DNA of 32,000 nucleotides from Xanthomonas campestris pv. campestris str. ATCC 33913 (GTDB lineage: Bacteria; Pseudomonadota; Gammaproteobacteria; Xanthomonadales; Xanthomonadaceae), in assembly GCF_000007145.1 (NCBI RefSeq), contig NC_003902.1, positions 1,687,436-1,719,435 on the forward strand, given 5' to 3'. Below are positions 1 to 9,018 of this stretch, in pieces. The notes beneath the pieces were generated by a model, which had not been told where the DNA came from, did not search any database, and was given only the letters and a program-made list of their open reading frames with translations. Position 1 is the first letter of the stretch. Each line of letters starts with the position of its first letter. The position numbers and the translations under genes are program-made.

Positions 1-642
1 GACGTGCGGGATGAAGCAGATCAGTGGATCGACAGCCGGAAACTGCATGTGTTGGCGTCCAATCGTGCATGCGAGTTACCGCCGATGCAGGCCAATCGCA
101 GCGATCCACTCGATTGCAGGTTGGTGATTTACGCCAAGGCACGGCAAGGGCGCAAACAGTGCAATCGCCGCTCACCCGCCAAAGTCTCGCGTGCGTCATC
201 GAGTCTGAAGGCCGCAGCGCGCGAGCGCGAGCCTTGGCTCATCGTTGCATCCCCGCAGCTGCAGGCGCCCAGCGCAAAGCAGTTGGTCAATGTGTACGCA
301 CGACGGATGCAGATCGAGCTTGCATTTCGCGATCTGAAATCACATCGCTACGGCCAGGCGCTGGAAGACAGTTTGACCCGACGCGGCGAGCGACTGCAGA
401 TCCTGCTGCTGATCAATACGTTGGCTGCATTCGCCAGCTGGTTGGCGGGGCTGGGATGCGAAGCGACCGGTATCGCCCAGTGGCTGTCTCCTCGCAACAG
501 CACACGCAAGCTTTACTCCACGCTACGCATCGGCCGAGAAGCGCTGGTCAGGCAGTGGCCGATGGAACCCGTCTCACGGTGGATAGGGCGCTTGCGCGCA
601 CTGCCTGCGGCAGTGCGCGAGCAGATGACGCTTACGGTGTAA
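1..642 (+). CDS. IS4-family DDE transposase, C-terminal fragment (5' part lies outside the window)
   Basis: The ORF is open to the window edge. The translation contains the IS4-family Y-x2-R-x3-E-x6-K signature in VYARRMQIELAFRDLK. Confidence 0.75.
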   Translation, partial: DVRDEADQWIDSRKLHVLASNRACELPPMQANRSDPLDCRLVIYAKARQGRKQCNRRSPAKVSRASSSLKAAAREREPWLIVASPQLQAPSAKQLVNVYARRMQIELAFRDLKSHRYGQALEDSLTRRGERLQILLLINTLAAFASWLAGLGCEATGIAQWLSPRNSTRKLYSTLRIGREALVRQWPMEPVSRWIGRLRALPAAVREQMTLTV

Positions 643-778
643 AACGTGGGGATACCTTAGATCCGGAACCATCGTCGGCGTTGCTGATTTGGTTGACTGC
701 ATCGGCCCCTTCGACGCCACTGCCTGGCGCGCACACGCCGACAAACACTGTATTCCCATAGAGCGCGAAGAGCTGGCC

Positions 779-1258
779 ATGCGCTGGAACGTCGCTTGGG
801 CGCTTAGTAGGGCGACTCCACTGGCGCGATCGGTCAGCTACGACCATCCTTCCGGTGCTGTTACGTGGGTCAATCTCGACGATGAGGTTGTGGCCCAACT
901 CCAGCTTGGTGCCAGCCATCTCAAGATTCCTCAGAAGCTGCCGTTAACCCTAGGAACGAACCTCCAGCCTAAGAATCTGCCGGAGCAGCGATTCACACTT
1001 GAAGATGCGGGCGCGGTGCCTATTGGCGTATTGATACCGGTCGCCAGTGATGGCACGTGGTTCTCGCCCGATTTGAAGAGAGGGCGCGGGTACACCATCT
1101 GCGCCAAGGGTGAGGAGATTGTGGTGGAGAGCTATCTAGAAGCTCTCTCGCAACTTCGCCTGATTCCTAAGCCGCGCTGGCGGAGACCAAATGCCGGTGG
1201 CAACTGGGGAATCATGACTGGGGTGAAGTGGGAAGACGCCAGTAAGTTGACAAGCTAA
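779..1258 (+). CDS. Hypothetical protein directly upstream of zorA (the ORF is open from a TTG at 689; the first ATG is at 779)
   Basis: 189-aa open frame on the same strand, ending 19 bp before the zorA start. I recognise no family. The C-terminal motif PRWRRPNAGGNWG is distinctive. Confidence 0.4.
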   Translation: MRWNVAWALSRATPLARSVSYDHPSGAVTWVNLDDEVVAQLQLGASHLKIPQKLPLTLGTNLQPKNLPEQRFTLEDAGAVPIGVLIPVASDGTWFSPDLKRGRGYTICAKGEEIVVESYLEALSQLRLIPKPRWRRPNAGGNWGIMTGVKWEDASKLTS

Positions 1259-1277
1259 TACAGGGGATTTAGAAGAA

Positions 1278-3167
1278 ATGAACGTGCTTTGGATCGCGGC
1301 GACTGGCGATTGGCTACATGCTCTGATTGCGTCGATCATCGCAGTCCTTTTTCTCTGTTTTCTCTTCTTTGTCTTGTTCCGGGCGAGCGCGCTTCTGGTG
1401 TCATTGAAGCGACTCGGTAATGCTGTTCGGCTGCTGACAGGGAAATCGCCCCCCCTCGTCAAGCGGGAACTCAGCAAGCTCTTTGCCAACAGTCGCCTCC
1501 AGCCGAACTGGGCCGAGTACGAGGACACGTTGCATGAGCAGACCGCCAATCAAGGTATTGATCGAGAAATCGTAGCCGTTCGTGCAACCGTCCCCGCAGA
1601 ATCGTTCTTCAATGCGGAGCTGGTGGTTGATAGCACGCTGCACACAGAGTTCTTCAAGCATCTTCCTGGGATTTTTACCGGGCTCGGAATCATCGCGACC
1701 TTCAGTGGGCTCATTGCAGGCTTACAAAGCTTCGACGTCAAGGCGGTAGAGCCGGACGCGCTGAAAGCAAGTCTCGGCGGTCTTTTCGGCCACGTTGGCA
1801 GTGCGTTTCTTCTTTCTGCGGTTGCTATTGGTCTCGCGATGATCTGCACGATCGTCGAAAAAATCCTCTATGCAGCAAACGTGCATGCGATCACGTCGAT
1901 CGCGCTGGCGCTGGATGGTCTTTTCAAGTCTGGTGTCGGCGAGGAATACCTTTCCAAATTGGTGAGGTCTTCTGAAGATGGTGCTGTACAGACAAAGCAG
2001 CTCAAGGAAAGCCTGGTTGAAGATCTGAAGGCGCTTTTGACCAATTTGACCGAGCGGCAAATTGAAGCAACACATCAGCTCTCGAACGAGATTGGTGCAA
2101 GTCTGGAGACGAGCCTACAGGTGCCGCTCCAAAAGATTGCCGACACGGTGCAGCTCGCAAGCCAGGATCAGTCTGCTTCGGCGGGCAAGATGATCGAGAA
2201 CTTGATGGACACCTTCATGGCCCAGATGCGCGACACGATGGGTTCTCAGATGGGAGATCTGAGCGGCATGATGCAGCAAAGTGCCGCATCAATCATGCGC
2301 GTCGAAGAGAGTCTCCGCAGACTTGTAGACGATATGCAGAGCGCCACTCACGCGTCTTCTGAGGGCATCCAGCGCGCAATGGCGGAGCTCCTGTCGTCGC
2401 TCGCATCACATGAGCGCCAGCAATCAGAGACGCTGGGCGGCGCTCAGGTCCAGATGCTGACCCATGTTCAGAGCGCAGTAGAGAGGATGGCATCTGCTCA
2501 GGCCGCTGGCGCGAACCAAGTCGGCGAGGCTGCTGCGGATGCAACGCGTCGAATTGTTGAAGCTTCCGCTGAGGTGCAGAAGGCGGGCGAAGAGTCTTCT
2601 CGCCGAGCAGCAGAGCTTACAGAAAGCATTCACGACGTGACGCTTGAGTCCATTCGTAAACTTGAGAGCGGCGCTGCCCAGGTCGCATCGATGATGGCGG
2701 CGTTGAACGAAGTGGTCGATCGATTGGCGAGAACCAGTGGGTCGCTGGCCGGCCTGCATGAGCAATCTGGACAGCTAGGTTCGAGGTTGGATCAGAGTTC
2801 GACCAGCCTCCGGACCAGTACTGACACGCTAGCTATTGCCTCTCAAGCACTGTCTCAAGCCAGCGTCCGTGTCGAAGGTGTTTCCAGCTTGATGACGACC
2901 GAGGCGAGTGCGCGCGAGGCAACGCTAAAAGATATCCAGCTGGCGCTGAGTAAGGGTCAGGAAGCTGCGCGCGAGTTTGGCGAATATTCGGACATGCTCA
3001 CCGTCAAGCTTGGTGATGCGATGGAGCAATTCGGCTCTAAGACCGGCGCTGTGCTGAACCATCTCATGACTGATTTTGATAAGGAGCTCGGGAACGCGGT
3101 ACTCATGCTGCGCGATATCGTTGAACGTATGTCCCTAATCGCCGCATCGGACGAGCGTAGGGGATAA
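1278..3167 (+). CDS. zorA: ZorA: MotA/ExbB-like membrane channel subunit with a long C-terminal coiled-coil tail (type I Zorya)
   Basis: N-terminal TM helix, then WAEYEDTLHEQ. MotA/TolQ/ExbB-like TM pair around FFKHLPGIFTGLGIIATFSGLIAGL. The remaining ~400 aa are Q/A/S/E/L-rich and helical. A MotB-like gene follows 4 bp downstream. Confidence 0.85.
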   Translation: MNVLWIAATGDWLHALIASIIAVLFLCFLFFVLFRASALLVSLKRLGNAVRLLTGKSPPLVKRELSKLFANSRLQPNWAEYEDTLHEQTANQGIDREIVAVRATVPAESFFNAELVVDSTLHTEFFKHLPGIFTGLGIIATFSGLIAGLQSFDVKAVEPDALKASLGGLFGHVGSAFLLSAVAIGLAMICTIVEKILYAANVHAITSIALALDGLFKSGVGEEYLSKLVRSSEDGAVQTKQLKESLVEDLKALLTNLTERQIEATHQLSNEIGASLETSLQVPLQKIADTVQLASQDQSASAGKMIENLMDTFMAQMRDTMGSQMGDLSGMMQQSAASIMRVEESLRRLVDDMQSATHASSEGIQRAMAELLSSLASHERQQSETLGGAQVQMLTHVQSAVERMASAQAAGANQVGEAAADATRRIVEASAEVQKAGEESSRRAAELTESIHDVTLESIRKLESGAAQVASMMAALNEVVDRLARTSGSLAGLHEQSGQLGSRLDQSSTSLRTSTDTLAIASQALSQASVRVEGVSSLMTTEASAREATLKDIQLALSKGQEAAREFGEYSDMLTVKLGDAMEQFGSKTGAVLNHLMTDFDKELGNAVLMLRDIVERMSLIAASDERRG

Positions 3168-3171
3168 GCAT

Positions 3172-3888
3172 ATGTTTGGGAGCATGGCCCGGGGTCGGCG
3201 CCGGAATAAAGATGATGGAGAGAAGCCATTCTGGATCAGCTATGCAGATTTGATGACGGCGATGATGGTGTTGTTTCTGAGTGCCATGGCGGTCACGATC
3301 GCTGCTGTAACGAGAGTAGTGGAGGGGCCTGCGGAGATCAGAGCACGGGAGATTCAATCGGTCTGTGAGCAATTAGGTCGAGATCTATCGGGCGTATCCG
3401 AAATTCAGATCAACTGCGCCGATCAACGCATTTCCTTCCCAACCGTCGGGACGTTTGGTTTTAATAGCTATCGGTTGCCGGCAGAGGCTGACGGTGCGCT
3501 CGCACAGTTAGTTCCCGCTGTTCTAAATGCTGCTGACGGAGAGCTGGGAAAGAAATGGTTGAAACAGGTCGTCGTGGAGGGATATACCGACACCAAGGGC
3601 GGCTATCTCTACAACCTTCATCTAAGTCTGCAGCGGTCCGAATGGGTGCTTTGCCTCTTGATGGACCCATCAAAGAACAAGAGTCTCGCTCTGAGTGATG
3701 AGCAGCTGTCTCGAGTGCGAAAGTTGTTCCTGGCTGGCGGCGTGTCTTTCAATAACCAGAGAACGACGGCTGATGAGAGTCGCCGAGTCGAGTTGAGAAT
3801 TCAGTTTTACGGCGTTGATGAGCCTCATTCAGCGCATTTGGACACTGGATCAGATTTCATGGCAGGCGCGGATAGGTGCCAGCTCTGA
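3172..3888 (+). CDS. zorB: ZorB: MotB-like TM plug with an OmpA-like peptidoglycan-binding domain (type I Zorya)
   Basis: KPFWISYADLMTAMMVLFL is a MotB-type TM segment with the conserved Asp. The C-terminus has an OmpA-like VVVEGYTDTKG...LSLQRSEWV. Confidence 0.85.
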   Translation: MFGSMARGRRRNKDDGEKPFWISYADLMTAMMVLFLSAMAVTIAAVTRVVEGPAEIRAREIQSVCEQLGRDLSGVSEIQINCADQRISFPTVGTFGFNSYRLPAEADGALAQLVPAVLNAADGELGKKWLKQVVVEGYTDTKGGYLYNLHLSLQRSEWVLCLLMDPSKNKSLALSDEQLSRVRKLFLAGGVSFNNQRTTADESRRVELRIQFYGVDEPHSAHLDTGSDFMAGADRCQL

Positions 3889-5507
3889 TGTTCAGACAAG
3901 TTCTCCAGCGAATGGTGGCGCCGGTGCAGGAATTGCAGGTGAGGCCGGTTCCGCTGAAGCGTCTCAGAGAAGCGGTCAGTGTCATGCGCGAGGAGCTGGG
4001 AGCTGCGCCGACAGGCTTTGATTCACCTCAATTGTTTAAAAAATCGCTGGGTAGACTGCTCAACGAAGGCGCGAATGCTTTGAGTGCGCGGGATGACATG
4101 ATCCTTGCGTCTCAATTTGTTGCGAGCTCGGAACTTCTCTGTGGACAGTCAATCGCTGCCAGGCAAGATCTTAGCGTTCCACTCATCCAGCGGTGGCGAA
4201 AGGGGATTGGAGATTCTTTACTTGGTCCGTTGCTCTGGCGCACTGTCTTCGTCGGATATTTCCTTCTAGGTGAAAGTGCAGAGAGGGAGGTCTACAGAGA
4301 TTTCCTTCAGAAGACGTTGCCGAAGTTGAAGGCCCAGAAGGTTCCGCCCGGATGGCTGCCAACAGTTGAAGAGCATAAGGAGGTATTCGGCCTAAAGCCC
4401 CTCGCGCGCTATGTGACTGAGTGGGCGGCCGGCGATGAGCGTGGATTGGATGCGCTGTCGGATCATGTGGAAATACCCGGTAGCAGTTGGTTCTGGGCCG
4501 AATTCGTGGGCAACGCGCTCGCGAAGTTGGAAGGCATGAACGACATTGAGTTCGAGCGGAGTTCCCTGCGATATCTGAGCCTTTTATATCGATTTCCTAG
4601 TCAGCAGGACGCTGTCCTTGCCGCGTTGGTCGAACGTGCAGCCGGGTCACCGGACAACTTGCTGAATCAGAAGATTCTGGAGTGTGTGGTCGACGCTTGG
4701 GGTAATCCACAGCTTGAGCTAAGCGACCGGTCTCATCGTTGGTCACAGGTGTCGGACGACGCGAGGCAATGGATATGTCGTTGCTTGGCCGAAGAAGACT
4801 TGACTGACTTCTTTGAGTTGATCAAAAGTTCTTCCAAGGCACTAAGCGCCATGGATAAGCGGCGATTCGAGTATTGGAAGCGATTCACCGGGCGAATGCA
4901 GTTCACTAAGCTTGTTTTAGGGCCATCGTTTAGGTCAACGACGAATGCCGACATAGGCCGCTTCATTAAGAAACGAAGAGGGCGCCTGGGATGGTTGGCC
5001 AGCTCAACATCAATGAACATCGCCATGTTGATGAAGCTTGGGGAACATTGGTTTGTCGAGTTCGCGGAGACGGGTAATGCATGCTATGGCTATCAACAAA
5101 TAACGCTGCCGTTCAAGGTTGGCGATAAGACTTTATCGCTTCATCAGCTTAAAGATCAGCGAATAGCAACATACAGGCTTCCACACAGCGGGCCATGGGA
5201 GTCTGAGTTTGACCGAACACTAGCTCGCGTCGGCATCTGGCCCAACGGAGTGCAACAGGGTGGGCGATCGCCGGCAAAGAGAGCGACCAACGCGCCGTCT
5301 GCCATAGCTGACGTTGATCAGCTTCTTCCTTCGTTGCCGGCACACCTTGCGCGGGAGCTTTCATTGGCACGCAAGGCGATTGTCGATAACCGTAATAAAG
5401 GCGGCAGCTACTGGATTGAGCTTGGCTCTAAACCTTCCAGCGAGCTGATTGAGGCAATGAATGTGGCTGGATTCAGATTTGCAGCAAGCCGAGGGTTCTA
5501 TCGATGA
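3876..5507 (+). CDS. zorC: ZorC-like protein (putative EH-signature domain protein)
   Basis: 543-aa ORF in the third position of the operon. The start is either GTG 3876 or, more likely, ATG 3888, which overlaps the zorB stop as TGATG. The size and the GEHWFVEFAETGNACYGY segment fit my memory of ZorC. The call rests mainly on synteny. Confidence 0.7.
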   Translation: MPALMFRQVLQRMVAPVQELQVRPVPLKRLREAVSVMREELGAAPTGFDSPQLFKKSLGRLLNEGANALSARDDMILASQFVASSELLCGQSIAARQDLSVPLIQRWRKGIGDSLLGPLLWRTVFVGYFLLGESAEREVYRDFLQKTLPKLKAQKVPPGWLPTVEEHKEVFGLKPLARYVTEWAAGDERGLDALSDHVEIPGSSWFWAEFVGNALAKLEGMNDIEFERSSLRYLSLLYRFPSQQDAVLAALVERAAGSPDNLLNQKILECVVDAWGNPQLELSDRSHRWSQVSDDARQWICRCLAEEDLTDFFELIKSSSKALSAMDKRRFEYWKRFTGRMQFTKLVLGPSFRSTTNADIGRFIKKRRGRLGWLASSTSMNIAMLMKLGEHWFVEFAETGNACYGYQQITLPFKVGDKTLSLHQLKDQRIATYRLPHSGPWESEFDRTLARVGIWPNGVQQGGRSPAKRATNAPSAIADVDQLLPSLPAHLARELSLARKAIVDNRNKGGSYWIELGSKPSSELIEAMNVAGFRFAASRGFYR

Positions 5508-8500
5508 AGCTTCGCTTCTGGAAAGGAGAAAGCCCCGAGACCATTCCCATGGATGCTCCTGAGTTCTCTGCTGAATCAAGCGGTTGGAAAGGAACGGCAC
5601 AAGAGAAGAGCACTCATCCGGGCGCGATCTATCTCTTGCAGCTTGCCGACGAGAGATTTGCGCTTAAAGATGGAGCTGGGTACCTGATCCCATGGGAGAA
5701 GCTTTATTCGCTTCTTTCCGATAGCGACCACGTATCAAGCTTGCATCTGCTGAAGTTGCCGCAGACCTCTAGGCTACGCCCCGCGATTCGGTCGCACGGG
5801 ACACCAACCGACACAAATTTTCGAGTCACGCTGGAAGCGTGGATCGCGGAAAGTGGCGAGGAGCTTCTGGCTGAACGTCTTGGCGCGGTGTTGACCATGC
5901 CTGGGCAGGATCTGTTGCTGCCGCAGTCAGCTTTTACGCTCCTAGAGGCAATGGCTGAGCTCGCACAGTGCGGTGAAGACTGGGATGCGGACCGCCGTAT
6001 GTTGCAAATGGGCAAGGTCCAAGAGGCCGCCAGGTGGGCCGGGGCGACGATGGATCGCTATTTGGAGCACTCACCGGTCGTTGTCGCTAACAAGCTTGAG
6101 ATCAATTTGAAGCAGCACGAAGCTGCCGAAGCCCAGATCGTAGAGGTTGAGCCACGCCCTATTGGCGCGCCGGAGGGCTGGCTTTCACAATTTGATCGCT
6201 ATCAATCGGTCCGTGGTCGTTATGACGTTACGGATGCCGAAGGCGGCATGAGTCACGTTGTGCTTTCAAGTCAGGTGCGCGAGGTTGGTCAACAGATCAA
6301 ATCGATGCCAGGGCGGCGCTTGGCTGGCAAGCAAGCCGACGCGTTTATGCATAACCCATATGCCGTCCTTGGCGAAGCTGCAGCGCAGGTCATCTCTCCG
6401 GAGCGTTTCGCTGAAGCAAAACGTACGGCCGGCATCGATGAGTGGGAACTTGAGCTCCAGCCTGCGGACGTTGACGGTAGTTGGGATGCAGTGCTGGTTG
6501 ATTCGGTCGGCAAGAGTGAGAGCGTGTTCGTCGGAAGTTTTCATGCTTCCGAATTCGATTCGCTGCTGGAAGAGGCAAGTGGATCTGAGGGACTTGGTGT
6601 TGCCCGATGGAAGAAGCATCGGGTTTTGCTCTCTGGTCTGACACTTGAAAGCCTCGCACGTCTCCGGCAGGCCCACTTCAAGGAGGCGGTTGGCAGCGTG
6701 ATCGGTGTCGAGACGCTTTTTGACCTGGCTCACTACAGCGATCGCGTCGTGGGTTTCGATGGAAAGCCCATCATCGTGCCAAAAGTCCAAGGCAGTTCGC
6801 CCGCTGAAGACTGGATTAAGGGTGCCGGAGAGTTCGTTGCGGTAGATCCTGCTACAGGAACTGCAACGGAAGGGCGCCTTAGCACCAATGATGTTCAGGA
6901 GTTCGGCGAGCGTGTTGATTTAGCCGAGCGTGAGGGCCACATCAATGTTGCAGTCCCCGGGATTGAAAAGGAAATTCCAACGCCCGAAGCACGGGCATGG
7001 ATGAAGGAGCTCACTAAGCCAGCTGGCGAAAAGCGAATTGAGAGCCTAAAGAATCCCGCGCCCGCGGAAAAGCTGTCGCTCAGAATCCTCCACAACATTG
7101 AGGAGCTTGAGTACCCAAGCGAGGAAACTGAGCAGGCGCGAGTGAAGGACGTCTATGAAGCGCCTGCTGCGCTTCGTCCGGAAGTTGCACTGAAAGATCA
7201 CCAGGTCGAAGGCGTCGCTTGGATGCAAGGGCGTATGCGACAGCGAGGTGACGGTGTGCGAGGTGTGTTGCTCGCCGACGATATGGGCCTCGGCAAGACG
7301 CTGCAGGCGCTGACGCTGATGGCTTGGTATCGGCAGACTGCGCCGGCGCCGAAGCCGTGCCTGATCGTGGCCCCCGTATCCCTACTGGAAAATTGGAAAG
7401 CGGAGATCGCCAAATTTCTTGACGGGAGGCAGGGCGCAACACTCACACTCTACGGCGAGCACTTGGCCCTTCACAGGCTGAGCGCACGTGAGATCGGGCC
7501 TGAACTTAGAGAATTGGGCGTCAAGAAAGCTCTTAATCCTGGCTTTGCGCATGGCGCAGCGTTCGTGTTGACGACATACGAGACCTTGCGCGATTACCAG
7601 CTGTCCATGGCGCGGGAGAAGTGGGGTGTACTCGTTTGCGACGAAGCCCAGAAGATTAAGACACCATCTGCCATGGTGACTCGATCTGCCAAGGCGATGC
7701 AGGCTGATTTCAAAATAGCTTGTACGGGTACGCCAGTGGAGAACTCACTTGCGGATCTCTGGTGTCTCTTCGATTTCTTCCAGCCAGGTTTGCTCGACTC
7801 CCTGACTAAGTTCACCAAGGTGTTCAGGCAACAGATTGAGCTCAGGTCTGAGGGGCACGAGCAAAAGGTCGAGGTATTGCGCGAGCAAATTTCGCCCTGG
7901 GTCCTTCGGCGGATGAAGGCTGAAGTTGCAGATCTCAAGCCGAAAACTGAATTGCCCTGCGAGCTCGCGATGTCAGCCAAACAGCGCGGTCTTTATGCCG
8001 CGGCTGCCAGACGATTCCGCGAAACAGTTGACTCTGGCGAGGGTGGCGATACTGCTGCTTTAAGCCTGCTCCATCAACTCAGGCAGATTTGCGCCAATCC
8101 TCTTGCTGCCGCGGATGATCGGTCCGAATTTCTGTCGCTAGACGAACATCTACGTCATTCACCAAAGTTGGCATGGCTGATCGAAAAGCTACAAGAGATT
8201 CAGGCCACAGGCGAAAAGGTCATTGTCTTCACGGAATTCCGCGACATCCAGCGGCTGATCCAGCGCGCCATTGCCAGCCGGTTGAGCTATCAAGCTTCCA
8301 TCGTCAATGGGAGCACGAGCGTGGAAGCCGGGGCAGATGACTCGCGCCAGATAATTATTGACGCTTTCCAGGCCAAGCCGGATTTTGGAGTGATCGTGCT
8401 CTCCACAACCGCCGTGGGCTTTGGCGTGAACATCCAGGCCGCAAATCATGTCATCCATTTCACCCGTCCCTGGAACCCGGCTAAGGAAGACCAAGCGACA

Positions 8501-8701
8501 GATCGCGCTTACCGAATTGGGCAGGAAAAGGAGGTTTTCGTTTATTACCCAACCGTGTTGGGGGATGGCTTTGAGAGTTTTGAAGAACGTGTTGCCAAGC
8601 GGCTTGCGACGAAGCGTAAGTTATCGAACGATATGTTGGCCCCGGAGCAGGGGCTTACTCTGGAAGAGTTCTCGGATTTGTCTCTCGGCTTTTCCGAGTA
8701 A
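5504..8701 (+). CDS. zorD: ZorD: large SNF2-family helicase (type I Zorya)
   Basis: ATGA overlap with the zorC stop. SNF2 motifs are present: DDMGLGKT (~7285), DEAQ (~7640), TGTPVENSL, and WNPAKEDQATDRAYRIGQ. A ~560-aa N-terminal region is uncharacterised. Confidence 0.85.
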   Translation: MKLRFWKGESPETIPMDAPEFSAESSGWKGTAQEKSTHPGAIYLLQLADERFALKDGAGYLIPWEKLYSLLSDSDHVSSLHLLKLPQTSRLRPAIRSHGTPTDTNFRVTLEAWIAESGEELLAERLGAVLTMPGQDLLLPQSAFTLLEAMAELAQCGEDWDADRRMLQMGKVQEAARWAGATMDRYLEHSPVVVANKLEINLKQHEAAEAQIVEVEPRPIGAPEGWLSQFDRYQSVRGRYDVTDAEGGMSHVVLSSQVREVGQQIKSMPGRRLAGKQADAFMHNPYAVLGEAAAQVISPERFAEAKRTAGIDEWELELQPADVDGSWDAVLVDSVGKSESVFVGSFHASEFDSLLEEASGSEGLGVARWKKHRVLLSGLTLESLARLRQAHFKEAVGSVIGVETLFDLAHYSDRVVGFDGKPIIVPKVQGSSPAEDWIKGAGEFVAVDPATGTATEGRLSTNDVQEFGERVDLAEREGHINVAVPGIEKEIPTPEARAWMKELTKPAGEKRIESLKNPAPAEKLSLRILHNIEELEYPSEETEQARVKDVYEAPAALRPEVALKDHQVEGVAWMQGRMRQRGDGVRGVLLADDMGLGKTLQALTLMAWYRQTAPAPKPCLIVAPVSLLENWKAEIAKFLDGRQGATLTLYGEHLALHRLSAREIGPELRELGVKKALNPGFAHGAAFVLTTYETLRDYQLSMAREKWGVLVCDEAQKIKTPSAMVTRSAKAMQADFKIACTGTPVENSLADLWCLFDFFQPGLLDSLTKFTKVFRQQIELRSEGHEQKVEVLREQISPWVLRRMKAEVADLKPKTELPCELAMSAKQRGLYAAAARRFRETVDSGEGGDTAALSLLHQLRQICANPLAAADDRSEFLSLDEHLRHSPKLAWLIEKLQEIQATGEKVIVFTEFRDIQRLIQRAIASRLSYQASIVNGSTSVEAGADDSRQIIIDAFQAKPDFGVIVLSTTAVGFGVNIQAANHVIHFTRPWNPAKEDQATDRAYRIGQEKEVFVYYPTVLGDGFESFEERVAKRLATKRKLSNDMLAPEQGLTLEEFSDLSLGFSE

Positions 8702-8717
8702 GAGATTGATTGGATAA

Positions 8718-9018
8718 ATGAGGTTTTTAATGGTTGCCCTTGTAAAGCTCGGTGATGCGGCGCTTACTGCAATCGGGAGCATCCTTCCCGCAGGAAAAAT
8801 TTTCCTCAATTCGTCTAGTAATAGTTTGAAAGGCGTAGAAAAGTGGGCGCCCGCCGACAGTTTTTGCTTAATGCTTGCGGCATTGTCCTTCTCGGTCGAC
8901 GGTAAAGCTTCGAAGGAGGAGCAGGATTACCTTGAAAAAAGTATGCAACTGCCCCAGAGGAGGTTAGGGCGAAGGTGGTAGAAGTGCTGTCCCGGCCTGA
9001 TACTTTGGTCGCCCTGCG
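8718..9018 (+). pseudogene. Disrupted ORF downstream of zorD (weak TerB/DjlA_N-like guess), frameshifted in an A6 run and then cut by IS insertion
   Basis: The 87-aa frame stops at 8982. The frame starting at 8942 reads YATAPEEVRAKVVEVLSRPDTLVALR up to the IS5 end, and one extra A in the 8935-8940 run would join the two frames. Confidence 0.45.

Noticed and set aside
1278-3888. MotAB flagellar stator, or an ExbBD/TolQR energy-transducing pair
   Set aside because: The MotA-like protein carries a ~400-aa coiled-coil tail that is absent from stators and ExbB/TolQ. The pair is operonic with an SNF2 helicase, sits in a mobile island, and has no flagellar, TonB or Tol partners nearby.
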